Source of the DNA: the human T2T-CHM13v2.0 reference genome, Homo sapiens
Strand: one strand, 5' to 3'
Length of the DNA: 64,000 nucleotides
NCBI RefSeq assembly: GCF_009914755.1
Contig: NC_060937.1
In this document: positions 12,777 to 26,400 of the stretch, piece after piece
Position numbering within the stretch: position 1 is the first letter of the stretch
Layout of the letters: every line of letters begins with the position of its first letter
Position numbers and translations under genes: made by a program
The notes under the pieces: model-generated
The model's database searches: none
Seen by the model: the letters and a program-made list of their open reading frames with translations, nothing else
What the model was told of the DNA's origin: nothing

Positions 12777-13598
12777 CCATTCCGTTTCATTCCATTTTGT
12801 TCCTTTGAGTTCTGTTCCGTTCTGTCCATTGCTTTCCACTCCTCTCAACTGCACTACATTCCATTACATCTGATTTCATTCCAATTCATTCCACTCCTCT
12901 CCACTTCACTGCATTCCATTGCACTCCATTCCACTCCATTCTTTCCACTTGAATCCACTCCCATCCACTCAACTCCACTCCATTCCATTCCATTGCATTC
13001 CACTCCACTCCACTCAACTCCAGTCAAATCCACTCTACTCCTCTTAATTCCATTCCTTTCCATTCCACTGTACTCCACTCCCTGCATCTCCAATACATTG
13101 AAATCTACTCCAAACCGTTCCACTCCACTCCGTTCCATTAAATTTTATTCCACTCTATTTCATTCTTCACTCCACTCCAATCCAATCAACTCCATTCCAC
13201 TCCAATCCACTCCACTCGACTCCTCTCCATTATACTCCATTCCATTCCATTCCACTCCATTCCAATCCAGTGCACTACACTCCACTCCACTCCATTCCAC
13301 TTTACTCCTCTCGATTCCACTCCTCTCCACCTCACTCCACTCCATTCTGCTCCACTCCACTCCTTTCCATTCCACTCCACTCCTTTGCATTCTATTCCAT
13401 TCCATTCCACTGCATTCTATTCCATTCCATTCCACTCCACTCCATTCCATTCCACTCCACTCCATTCCTTTCCATTCCACTCTACTCCATTCCATTCCCC
13501 TCCACTTCATTCCATTACACTCCAGTCCATTCCATTCCTCTCCACTCCACTCCATTCCACTCCACTCCACTCCACTCCACTGCATTCCATTCAACCCG

Positions 13599-13660
13599 TT
13601 TTTTTTGACAGGATCTCCCCCTGTCCCACAGGCTGTAGCACAGTGGCACAATCTCAGCAC
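13599..13660 (-). mobile_element. Alu 3'-end fragment (last in left domain)
   Basis: ttttttttgacaggatctccccctgtcccacaggctgtagcacagtggcacaatctcagcac. Confidence 0.85.
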
Positions 13661-16600
13661 CCATTCTATTCTATTCCATTCCATTCCATTCCATTCCATT
13701 CCATTCCATTCCACTCCATTCCATTCCATTCCATTCCATTCCATTGCATTCCCGTCCTCTCCATTTCATTAGCTTCCATTCCTCTCCATTCCATTCCACT
13801 CCAGTCTATTCCTTTCCACTCCAGTCCACTCCATTCCAGTACAATCCACTCAATTTCACTCCATTCCAAACCATTCCACTCCTTTCCATTTTATTGCACT
13901 CCACTCCATTCCATTCCACTCCAGTCCATTCCATTCCATTCCACTCCATTCAATTTCTCTCCATTCCATTCCATTCCATTCCATTAAACCCCAATCCATT
14001 CCCCTCCACTCAATGCCACTCCACTCCACTTCCCTCCATTGCATTCCATTTCATTCCATTACACTCCATTCCATTCCATTCCACTCCATTCCAGTCCATT
14101 TCATTCCTCTCCTCTCCACTCTATTCCACTCCATTCCAATCCATTCCATTCCAGACAACTCCATTCCAATCCACTCCATTTCACTCCTCTCCATTTCACT
14201 CCACTCCACTATACACCACTCCAGTCCACTCCATTCCATTATATTCCACTCCATTCCACTCCACTCCAGTCCACTCCATTCTCCTCCACTCTGCTCCATT
14301 CAATTCAACTCCCCTCCGTACAACTCCACTCAACTCCATTCCACTCCACTCCTTTCCATTCCATTCCATTCCACTGCACTCCATTCCAATCCACTTCACT
14401 CCATTCCACTTCTCTCCTTTCCAATCCACTCCATTCCATTCCTTTCCAATCCATTCCATTCCACTACATTCCATTCCACTCTACTCCACTCCACTCTATT
14501 TCATTCCATTCCATTCTATTATATTCTTCTCCTCTCCACTCCATTCCATTCCAATCCATTATATATTCTTCTCCTCTCCACTCCATTCCATTCCATTCCA
14601 TTCCATTTCTTTCCCCTCCACTCCACTCAACTCCATTCCATTCCTTTCCATTCCAATCCATTCCAAGCATCTCCATTCCATCCCTCTCCACTGCATTCCA
14701 TTCAACTCTACTCCATTCCATTGCACTCCAAACCATTCCATTCCTTTCAACTCCATTTCACTGCATTGCCCTCCATTGCACTCCACTCCTCTCCATTCCA
14801 CTCCATTCCATTCTATTCAACTCCACTCCACTCCATTCCATTCTATTCCATTTCATTCAACTCCATTCCTTTCCATTCCATTACATTCCATTCCATTCCG
14901 TTCCACTCCATTCCATTCCACTCCATTGCATTCCAATCCACTGAATACCATTCCATTTCACATCATTCCATTCCACTCCATTCCACTCCATTCCATTCCA
15001 TTTCACTCCATTCCACTGCATTACACTCCTTTCCGTTCCAGGGGACTCCACAACAATCTACTCCAATCCATTCCAATCCATTCCACTCCACTCCACAGCA
15101 ATCTTCTCCATTCCATTTCATTAAATTCCATTCCATTCGACTCCACTCCACTGCACTCCACTCCTTCCCATTCCATTCTATTCCCCTCCACACCACACCA
15201 ATCCATTCCACTCCACTCCACTGCAATCCACTCCACTCCACTGCAAACCACTCCACTCCATTTGTCTCCACTCCATTCCACTCCACTCCAATCATCTCCA
15301 CTCCTCTTCATTCCACTCCATTCCACTCCACCACATCCCATTCCATTCCATTCTACCCCATTCAATTCCTTTCCATTCCATTCCGCTCCACCCCATTACT
15401 CTCCAGTCCACTCCATTCCACTCCACTCCATTCCACTCCAATCCATTCTACTCCTCTCCATTCCACTCCCCACCATTCCACTCGAATCCGTTCCATTCAA
15501 TTCCTTTGCATTCCATTCCACTCCTTTCTGTTCTATTACACTTCCCTCCATGGCACTCCACTCCACTCAACTCCACACAAATCCACTGCACACCAGTCCA
15601 CTCCATTCCATTCCATTCCTTTTCATTACATTCCATTCCACTCCACTAAATTCCATTCCATTCCATTCAATTGCACACCACTCCATTCCATTGCAGTCCA
15701 CTCCAATCCACTCTGTTCCCTTCCATTACATTCCACTCCACTCCACTCCATTCCAATCCATCCAATACACTCCATTCCATTCCACTCCACTTCATTCCAT
15801 TTCCACTGTACTCCATTCCATTCACCTCCATTTCATTCGATAAAATTCCATTTCATTGTGTGCCATTCTCTTCCCTTCCATTCCATTCCATTCCACTAAA
15901 TTCCGCCCCATTCCACTCCACTCCACTACATTCCACTCAACTCCCCTCCGTTCCCCTCCAGTCGACACCACTCCACTTGACTTCATTGCAGTCCATTCCA
16001 TTCCATTCCATTCCATTCCATTCCATTCCATTCTATTCCCTTCCACTCGATTCCCTCCATTCCAGTTCACTCCACTCCCCTCCACTCCACTCCCCTCCAC
16101 TCCATTCCAGTCCACTCCACTCCACACCACCCCACTCCACACCATTGCACTCCATTCCATTCCATTCCACTCCACTCCACTCACTTCAAATCCAATCCAT
16201 TACACTCCTCTTGGTTCAACTCCACTCATTCCATTCCATTCCATTTCCCTCAGTTCCATTCCACTACATGCCATTCCATTCCACTCCACTGTTTCCGCTC
16301 CATTCCACTACATTCCATTCCACTACTCTCCACTCCACACCACTCCATTTCACACCACTCTGCTCCTTTTCATTCCATTCCATTACATTCAACTCCACTC
16401 CATTCCATTCGACTGCATTCCATTCCATTCCAGTTCATTCTACTCCATTGCATTCCACTTCATTCCATTCCATTCCATTCCATTTCGTTTTACTCCAATC
16501 CATTCCATCCCATTCCATTTGACTCCATTCCATTCCACTCCACTCCGTTCTGTGACACTCCACTCCATTACACTGCATTCCATGCCATTACATTCTACTC

Positions 16601-19600
16601 CACTCCACTCTACTCCACTCTTCTCCATTCCATTTCACTCCACTCCACTCCATTCCATTCCATTCCCTTCCATTTCATTCAGCTCCATTCCATTCCATTC
16701 CATTCTATTCCATTCCATTCTACCCCAATCCATTCCTTTCCATTCCATTGCACTCCACTCTGTTCGATTCCGTTCCCCTCCATTCTACTCCACTACTTTC
16801 CATTACATTCCAAACGATTCCACACCACTCCGCTCGATTCCACTCCATTCCATTCCATTCCTTTCATTTCCACTCCTCTCCACTCCACACCATTCTATTC
16901 AATTCCATTCCACTCAACTCCACTCCTTTCCACTCCACTCCACTCATTTCACCACACTCCTCTCCATTCTATTCCATTCCACTCCATTCCATTCCACTCC
17001 ACTCCATTCCATTTCACTCCATTCCATTCCACTCCACTTCCCTCCACTCCATTACACTACAATGCACTCCACTCCACTCCATTGCACTCCATTTCATTCC
17101 ATTCCATTCCACTCAACTCCACTCCAATGCATTCCACTCCACTCCATTCTACTCCACTCCATTCCATTCTGTTCCATTAAATGCCATTCCATTCCACTCC
17201 ACTACGTTCCATTCCACTCCACTCTTTCCACTCAATAACACTCCATTCCATTCCACTCCATTCCATTACACTCCCCTCCACTCCTCTCCATTCCATTCCA
17301 TTCAAATCCACTCCATTGCATTCCATTCCAATCCATTCCATTCCACTACATTCCATTCTGTACCAATACACTCCATTCCAAACCACTCCATTGCATTCCA
17401 CTCCACTAAATTCCCGTCTTCTCCACTCCATTCCAATCCATTCCATTCCACTCCATTCCACTACACTCCAATCCATTCCATTCCATTCTGTTCCACTCCA
17501 TTCCATTCCAATCCATTCCATTCTGTTCCACCCCATTCCATTCCAATCCATTCCATCCCAATCCATTCCATTCCACTCCATTCCATTCCACTCCAGTCCA
17601 TTCCATTTCACTCCATTCCACTCCATTTCACTCCACTCCATTCCACTCCATTGCAGTCCATCCCTTTCACGTCACTCCACTTCACTCCACTCCACTGCAT
17701 TCCATTCGATTCCACTCGAATCCTCTCCACTCCACTCCTCTCCATTCCGTTCCATTAAATTCCATTCTCCTCCACTCCACTCCAGGCTACACCACTCCAC
17801 TCTGTTCCATTTTACTCCATTCAATTCCCTTCCACCCCACTCCATTCAATTCCAATCCATTCCGTTGATTCCACGCCACTGCATTTGATTCTACTTCACT
17901 TCAACCCATTCCATTCTACTCCATTCCATTCAATTGCATTCCATTCCATTCCACTCCACTCCACTAAATTACACTCCGCTCCATTCAAGTCCACTTCATT
18001 CCATTACTTTCCTCTCCATTCCATTCCACTCCACCCGACTCCACTGTACTCCACAATACTAAATTTCATTCAATTCCACTACACTCTTCCATTCCATGCC
18101 ATTCCACCCCTATACATTCCCCTCCACTCCACACCACTCCACTCTGATTCACTCATTCCATTCTTTTCAATTCCATTATACTCCATTCCATTCCATTACA
18201 CTATACTGCACTCTATTTCATTCCATTCCACTACACTCTATTCCACTCAATTCCACTCCATTCCATTCCATTCCACTCCCCTCCATTCCACATCACTCGA
18301 CTATACTCCACACCACTCCATGCCATTCGTTTATATTCCACTCCAATCCACTGCACTCTAGTCCACTCCATTCTACTCCACTCTACTCCATACCATTCCA
18401 CTCCAATCCATTCCACTCCACTCCAGTCCACTCCACTCCTTTCCATTCCATTCCATTCCACTCGATTCCACTCCATTCCACTCCACTCCACTCCATTCAA
18501 CTTCTCTCCATTCCAATCCACTCCATTCCATTCCATTCCAATCCAGTCCATTACACGCTGCTCCGTTTCATTCCACTCCACTCCATTATTCTATATTTCA
18601 CTAAATTTCATTCCATTCCATTCCTGTTCATCCACTCCATTCCATTCCATTCTATTCCAATCCACTCCACTCAATTCCATTCCATTCCATTGCATTCCAT
18701 TCCATTCTATTCCATGCCATTCCACACCACTGCATTCCTTTCCATTCCGTTCCAATCCATTCCATGCCACTCCATTCCATTCCACTCCTCTGCATTGTAT
18801 CCAGCTCCACTCCATTCCATTCCACTCCACACCATTCCATTCCTCCCCATTCCAATTCACTGCATTCCACTCCATTGTAATCCACTCCATTCCATTCCAT
18901 TCCATTCAACTCCAAACCAGTCCATTCCATTCTATTCCATACAATTACACTCCATTCCATTCCATTTCATTCCATTCCACTACATTCCATTCCGTACCTT
19001 TCCACTCCATTGCATTCCACTCCATTGCATTTCACTCCAATACATTCTAGTCCACTCCACTCCATCCGAATCCCTTCCATTCCACTCCATTTCACTCCAA
19101 TTGATTCCATTCCATTCCGTTCCACTCCACTCCATTCCACTCCATTCCATTCCACTCCACTCCACTCCATTACACTCCATTACATTCCACTCCACTCCAC
19201 TCCAATACACTCCATCCCATTCCACTCCACTCCACTCCATTACATTCCATTACATTCCACTCCACTCCACTCCAATACACTCCATCCCATTCCTGTCTAT
19301 TCCACTTCTTTCCACCACACTCCTTTCCATTCCACTCCATTCCATTCCATCCCACGCCAGTCCACTTCACTCCACTCCACTCTGTTCCATTCCATTCCAT
19401 TCCACTCAACTCCACTCCATTCCACTCCACTCCACTCCATTCCACTCCACTCCTCTCCATTCCATCTCCATTCCATTCTATTGCTCTCTATTCCATTTCT
19501 TTCCTCTCCACTCCATTCCATTCCACTCCACTCCATTCCAATGCACTACATTTCATTCCATTCCAACCCATTCCATTCCATTCCATAGCATTCCACTCCA

Positions 19601-22509
19601 CTCCATTTCATTCCCTTCCATTGCACTTCATTCCATAGTACTCCAGTCTATTCATTTCCATTCAACTCCACCACAATCCACTCCACTACAATCCACTCCA
19701 TTCCACTCCATTCATATTTTTCACTCTATTCCATTTTATTGCACTCCACTCCATTCCATTCCACTCCACTCCTTTCCATTCCTCTCCACTCCATTCGTTT
19801 CCCCTCCATTCCATACCATTCCATACCACACGAAACCATTACTCTCAAGTACACCCTACTCCACTCCACATTACTCCATTCCATTCCATTACACTCCGTT
19901 TCATTCTATTCCACTGCACTCCATTCCATTTCATTCCACTCCACTCCACTGCATTCCACTCCATTCCACTCCAATCTATTCCATTCCATTCCACTCCACT
20001 CCATTATACTGCACTCCACTCCATTCCATTTCATTATATTCCACTCCACTCCACTCCAGTCCACTCCATTCTCCTCCACTCCACTCCATTCAATTTCACT
20101 AATCTCCATTCCACTCCACTCCACTCCTTTGCATTCCATTCCATTCCACTCCATTCCATTCTACTCCACTCCACTCCATACTACTTCTCTCCTTTCCAGT
20201 CCACTCCATTCCATTCTTTTCAAATCCATTCCATTCTACTCCACTCCATTCCATTACTTTCGACTCCATTCCACTATATTTCACTCCATTCCATGCTATT
20301 CCATTCTTCTCCTCTCCACTGCATTCCAGTCCTTTCCATTCCATTCCCCTCCACTCCACTCAATTCCATTCCATTCAATTCCATTTCATTCCATTCCATT
20401 CCATACCACTCCATTCTTTTCCACTCCATTCCAATCCGTCCCATGCCACTCCATTCCATTCCACTCCTCTGCATTCCATTCATTTCTACTCCATTCCATT
20501 CCACTCCAGACCATTCCATTCCTCTCCTCCCCATTCCACTCCATTCCACTCCATTCCATTCTACTCCACTCCACTCCCATCCATTCCATTCCATTCTACA
20601 ACACTCCATTCCTTTCCATTGTATTCCATTCCATTGCACTCCATTCCATTCCTCTACATTCCATTCCGTTCCGTTCCACTCCATTCCATTCCACTGCATT
20701 GCATTCCTCACCACTACATACCAATCCACTCCACTCCATTCAACTCCATTTCATTCCCCTCCATTCCACTCCAAACCATTCCCTTCCATTCCATACTCCC
20801 CTTCACTCCACTGCACTCCACTCCAATATGTTCCATTCCATTCCATTCCACTCCACTCCACTTCAATAAATTCCAATCCACTCGATTTCACTCCACTGCA
20901 CTCCATTCCATTCAACTCCATTCCATTCCGTATCTTTCCACTGCAAAGCACTCATTTGTATTCCATTCCATTCCATTCCACTCAACTGTACTCCATTCGA
21001 ATCTGCTTCACTAAATTCCACTCCACTCCACTCCGTTTCACCACAATCGACACCACTCCTCTCCATTCATTTCCATTCCATTCCACTCCTCTCCACTCGA
21101 TTCCATTCCATTCCACTCCACTCCACTGCATTCCATTCCATTCCACTCAACTCCACTCCATTCCACTCCACTCCATTCCATTGCATTCCACTGAAATACA
21201 CTCCGTTAGACTCGGCTTCACTAAATTCCACCCCACTCCACTCCCTTCCACCCCAATCGACACCACTCCTCTCCATTCCATTCCATTCCGTTCCATTCCT
21301 TTCCATTCCTTTCCGTTCCACTCCACTCCACTCCACTCCACTCCACTCCACTCCATTCCATTCCACTCAACTCCCCTCCATTCCACTCTGCTCCATTCAT
21401 TTCCACTCCACTCCACTTCATTCCGTTGCATTCCACTCCATTCCATTCCACTCTACTCCATTCCAGTACACTCCATTCCAGTACACTCCAACCCCCTCCA
21501 CTCCATTCCACTCCACTCCACTCCTCTCCACTCCACTCCATTGCACTCCATTCCATTCCTTTCCATTCCACTCCATTCCATTTAATTCCATTCCACTCCA
21601 TTCCATTCCATTCTACTCCATTCCATTCCATGCCATTCCATTCCATTCCATTCCATTGCACTCCACTCCATTCCTTTCCATTCCTTTGCACTCCACTTTG
21701 TCCCATTCCATTCCCCTCAATTCTACTCAGCTACCTTCCATTCCTTTCCCCTCAATTCTACTCAATTAAATTCCATTCCATTCCAATCGATTACAAACCC
21801 TCCCCTCCATTCCACTCCATTCCATCCCCCTCCATTCCACTCTACTGCATTCCATTCCCCTCCATTCTATTCCACACGACTCCATTCCAACCCACACCAC
21901 GCCATTACATTCTAATGCACTCCACTCCAATCCAATCCATTCCATTCCATTCCATTCCATTCTACTCCTTTCCATTTCATTCCATTCCATTCCAATACTC
22001 TAAATTTCATTCCATTCTATTCCACTCCATACCATTCCACTACAGTCCATACCTTTCCACTCCATTACACTCCACTCCATTCCATTCAACTCCACTCCAT
22101 TCCACTGAACTCCACTCCATTCTACTCAACTCTACTCCATTCCACTCCATTCCATTCTATTGCACTCCATGCCATTCCTTTCCTCTCCACTCCATTCTAT
22201 TCCACTACACTCCGTTCCATTCATCTCCATTCCATTCCATAACTTTCCACTCCAGTACATTCATTTCTATTCCATTCCATTCCATTCCATTCCACTCAAC
22301 TGCACTCCATTGGACTCCACTTCACTAAATACAACTCCACTCCACTCCGTTCTAACCCAATCGACACCACTCCCGTCCACTCCATTCCATTCCATTCTAT
22401 TCCATTCCACTCCTCTCCACTCCATTCCATTCCATTCCACTCAACTCCACTCCATTCCACTCCACTCCATTCATTTCCACTCCACTCCACTCCATTCCAT
22501 TCCACTCCA

Positions 22510-23400
22510 TTCCATTCCACTCCACTCCATTCCAGTACACTCCATTCCATTCCACTCCATTTCCCTCCAATCCATTCCATTCCACTCCACTCTACTCCAT
22601 TGTGCTCCACTCCATTACTCTCCATTCCATTCCATTCCACTCCACTCCTTTCCAACTGACTCCATTCCACTCCACTCCACTCCATTCCTTTCTATTCCAT
22701 TGCACTCCACTCCACTCCATTCCATTCCACTCCATTCCAATACATTTCTCTCTATTCCATTGCATTCTACTCCACGCCATCCCTTTCTAATCCAATCCAT
22801 TCCATTCCATGCAATTCCATTCCATTCCACGCTATTCCCTTCCATTCCACTCCACTCCATTTCATTCCACTTCACTGCAATCCATTCCATTCCATGCGAC
22901 TCCATTCCATTCCACTCCACTCCATTCCAGTACACTCCATTCCAGTACACTCCATTCCATTCCACTCCATTTCCCTCCAATCCATTCCATTCTACTCCAC
23001 TCTACTCCATTGCGCTCCACTCCATTACTCTCCATTCCATTCCATTCCACTCCACTCCTTTCCAACTGACTCCATTCCACTCCACTCCACTCCATTCCTT
23101 TCCATTCCATTGCACTCCACTCCACTCCATTCCATTCCACTCATTCCAATACATTTCTCTCTATTCCATTGCATTCTACTCCACGCCATCCCTTTCTAAT
23201 CCAATCCATTCCATTCCATGCAATTCCATTCCATTCCACGCTATTCCCTTCCATTCCACTCCACTCCATTTCATTCCACTTCACTGCAATCCATTCCATT
23301 CCATGCGACTCCATTCCATTCCACGCTATTCCCTTCCATTCCACTCCACTCCATTTCATTCCACTTCACTGCAATCCATTCCATTCCATGCGACTCCATT
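22510..23400 (+). repeat. ~410-bp tandem duplication plus a nested 85-bp duplication
   Basis: ttccctccaa at 22561/22971; tccaactgac at 22651/23061; tccatgcgac at 22891/23300; ccacgctattccc at 23236/23321. Confidence 0.85.
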
Positions 23401-26400
23401 CCATTCCAATCCACTCCATTCCTTTCCACTCCACTCCATTCCACTCCATTCCAATCCATTCCACTCCACTCCACTCCACTCCAATCCACTCTAATCCACT
23501 CCACTTCATTCAATTCCAATCCACTCCACTCCATTGTATTCCATTGTATTCCATTCCATTCCATTCAACTCCATTCCATTCCATTCCATTCCACTTCATT
23601 CCTTTCCACTCCCTTGCACTCCACTTTTGCCATTCCATTCCCGTCAATTATACTCAATTACGTTCCATTCTTTTCCCTTCAATTCTTCTCAACTATGTTA
23701 CATTCCATTCCAATCGATTCCAAGCCCCTCCCCTCCATTTCACTCCATTCTCTTCCTCTCCATTCCTTTCCACTCCATTCTATTCTACACCACTCCATTC
23801 CGAACCACTCCACGCCATTACATTCAAATCCACTCCACTCCACTCCATTCCATTCCATTCCTTTCCATTCCATTCCATTCCACTCCATTCCACTCCATTC
23901 CATTCCATTCCATTCCATTCCACTCCATTCCATTCCACTCCATTCCATTCCACTCCATTTCATTCCTTTCCATTCCACTACTCTCCATTTCATTCCGTTC
24001 CATTCCACTCCATACCATTCCCCAACCGTCCTTTTCTTTCTACTCTATTACACTCCACTCCATTCCATTCAACTCCCCTCCATTCTACTAAATTCCACTC
24101 CATTCCACTCCATTCCATTGTATTGCAGTCTACGCCATTCCTTTCCTCTCCACCAGATTCCATTCCACTCCAGTCCATTCCATTCCACTCCATTCCATTT
24201 CATTCCATTTCACTCCATTCCATTGCATTGCACTCCTCTCCATTTCATTCCCCTCCATTCCTCTCCATTCCATTAAACTCCTGTCTATTCCTTTCCACTC
24301 CACTCCACTCCACTCCATTCCACTACAATCCACTCCATTCCACTCCATTCCAATCCATTCCACTCCATCCCGTTTTATTGCACTTCAATCCATTCTATTC
24401 CACTCCACTCCTTTACATTCCACTCCTCTACATTCAATTCCAGTCCATTTCATTCCATTCCATTCCACCCCAGTCCAATTGCCTCCACTCCACACCACTC
24501 CACTCAACTTCCATTCCCTTCTATTCGATTCCATTCCATTCTATTCCGTTCCATTCCATTCCATTCCATTACACTCCATTCCATTCTATTCTAATCCACT
24601 CCAATCCAATCAACTCCAATCGTCTCCATTTCATTCCACTCGATTCCACTCTATTCTACTCCATTCCACTCCATTCCATTCCATTCCACTCCTCTCCATT
24701 CCACTCAACTGCACCATACTGCACTCCACTCCATTCCATTCCATTATATTCCACTCCACTCCACTCCAGTCCACTCCATTAAATTCCACTCCACTCCATT
24801 AAATTCCACTCCACTCCATTCCACTCTACTCTACTCCATTCCACTCCTCTCCTTTCCATTCCATTCCATTCCACTCTACTCCATTCTAATCCAGTCCCCT
24901 CCATTCCACTTCTCTCCATTCCAATCCAGTCCATTCCATTACATTCCAATCCATGCCATTCAACTCCACTCCATTCCAATCCTCTCCAATCCATTCCACT
25001 CTATTTCACTCAATTGCATTCCATTCCATTCTTCTCCTCTCCATTCAGTTCCACTCCATCCATTCCATTCCATTCCATTCCATTCCATTGCATTCCATTC
25101 CATTCCCTTCCACTCCACTCAATTCCATTCCTTTCCATTCCATTCCATTCCATTCTGTTCCATTCCATTTCACACTACTCCATTCCTTTCCGCTCCATTC
25201 CAATCCATTCCATGAAACTCCATTCCTTTCCACTCTCTTGGATTCCATTCATCTTTACTCCATTCCTTTCCACTCCACAACATTCCATTTCTCTCCACTC
25301 AATTTAACCCCATTCCAATCCATTTCATTCCACTCTACTCCACTCCATTCCATTCCATTCAACTCCACTCCATTCTTTTCCCTTCTATTCCATTCCATTC
25401 CACTCCACTGCCTTCCATTCCGGTCTGTTCCACTCCATTCCATTCAATTCCATTTCATTCCTCTCCACTACATACCAATCCTCTCCATTCATTTCCACTC
25501 CATTCCATTCCACTCCTATCCACTCCACTCCATTCCACTCCACTCCATTTCATGGCATTCCACTCCATTCCATTGCACGCCATTCCAGATCAATCTACTC
25601 CGCTCCATTCCAATCCATTCCACTCTTCTCCACTCCAATCGTCTCCGTTCCATTCCATTAAATTCCGTTCCATTTGACACCACTCCACTGCCCTCCATTC
25701 CATCCCATTCTATTCCATTCCACTCCACAACATTTAATTCCACTACACTCCACAGCCATCCACTCCACTAGACTCCGTTCGACTCCACTCCACTAAACTC
25801 CATTCCACTCCATTCCAATCCACTCTATTCCTCTCGATTACACTCCAACACATCCCATTCCATTCCATTAAACCCCATTGCATGCCATTCCATTCCACTC
25901 CACCCCATTACCCTCCAGTCCACTGCATTCCACTCCACTCCATTCCACTCCTCTTCATTCTACTCCTCTAAATTCCAATCCACTCCATTGGACTACTCTC
26001 CATTCCATTCAATTCCTTTGAATTCCATTCCACTCCATTCCATTCTATTACTCTTCACTCCATTGCTCCCCACTCCACTACACTCCGCACCAATCCACTG
26101 CACACCAGTCCACTCCATTCCATTCCATTCTTTTCCATTACTTTCCATTTCACTCCACTCCACTCCATTCCATACCATCCCATTCGTTTCCACACCCCTC
26201 CACTCCAATGCTCTCCACTACAATCCACTCTGTTCCCTTCCATTCCACACCATTACACTCCTCTCCAATCCATTCCACTCCACTCCATTCCATTCCACTA
26301 CACTCCATTCCATTCAACTCCATTTCATTACATAGCTTTCCACTCCATTGCATTCGATTCTATTCCATTCCAATCAATTCCACACCATTCTATTCCACTC

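Larger units (their letters stand above)
1..13700 (+). repeat. CACTC-rich HSat3-type domain with interspersed Alu fragments (left composite domain)
   Basis: CACTC is about as frequent as CATTC; 20 copies of tttcgacaggatctccctctgtcacacaggctgtagc(acagtggcacaatctcagcac). Confidence 0.9.

Noticed and set aside
56-13660. Repeat-spacer pattern resembling a CRISPR array
   Set aside because: The repeats are ~60-bp diverged Alu fragments, the spacers are satellite of very variable length (roughly 80-1300 bp), and there are no cas genes. The context is primate heterochromatin.
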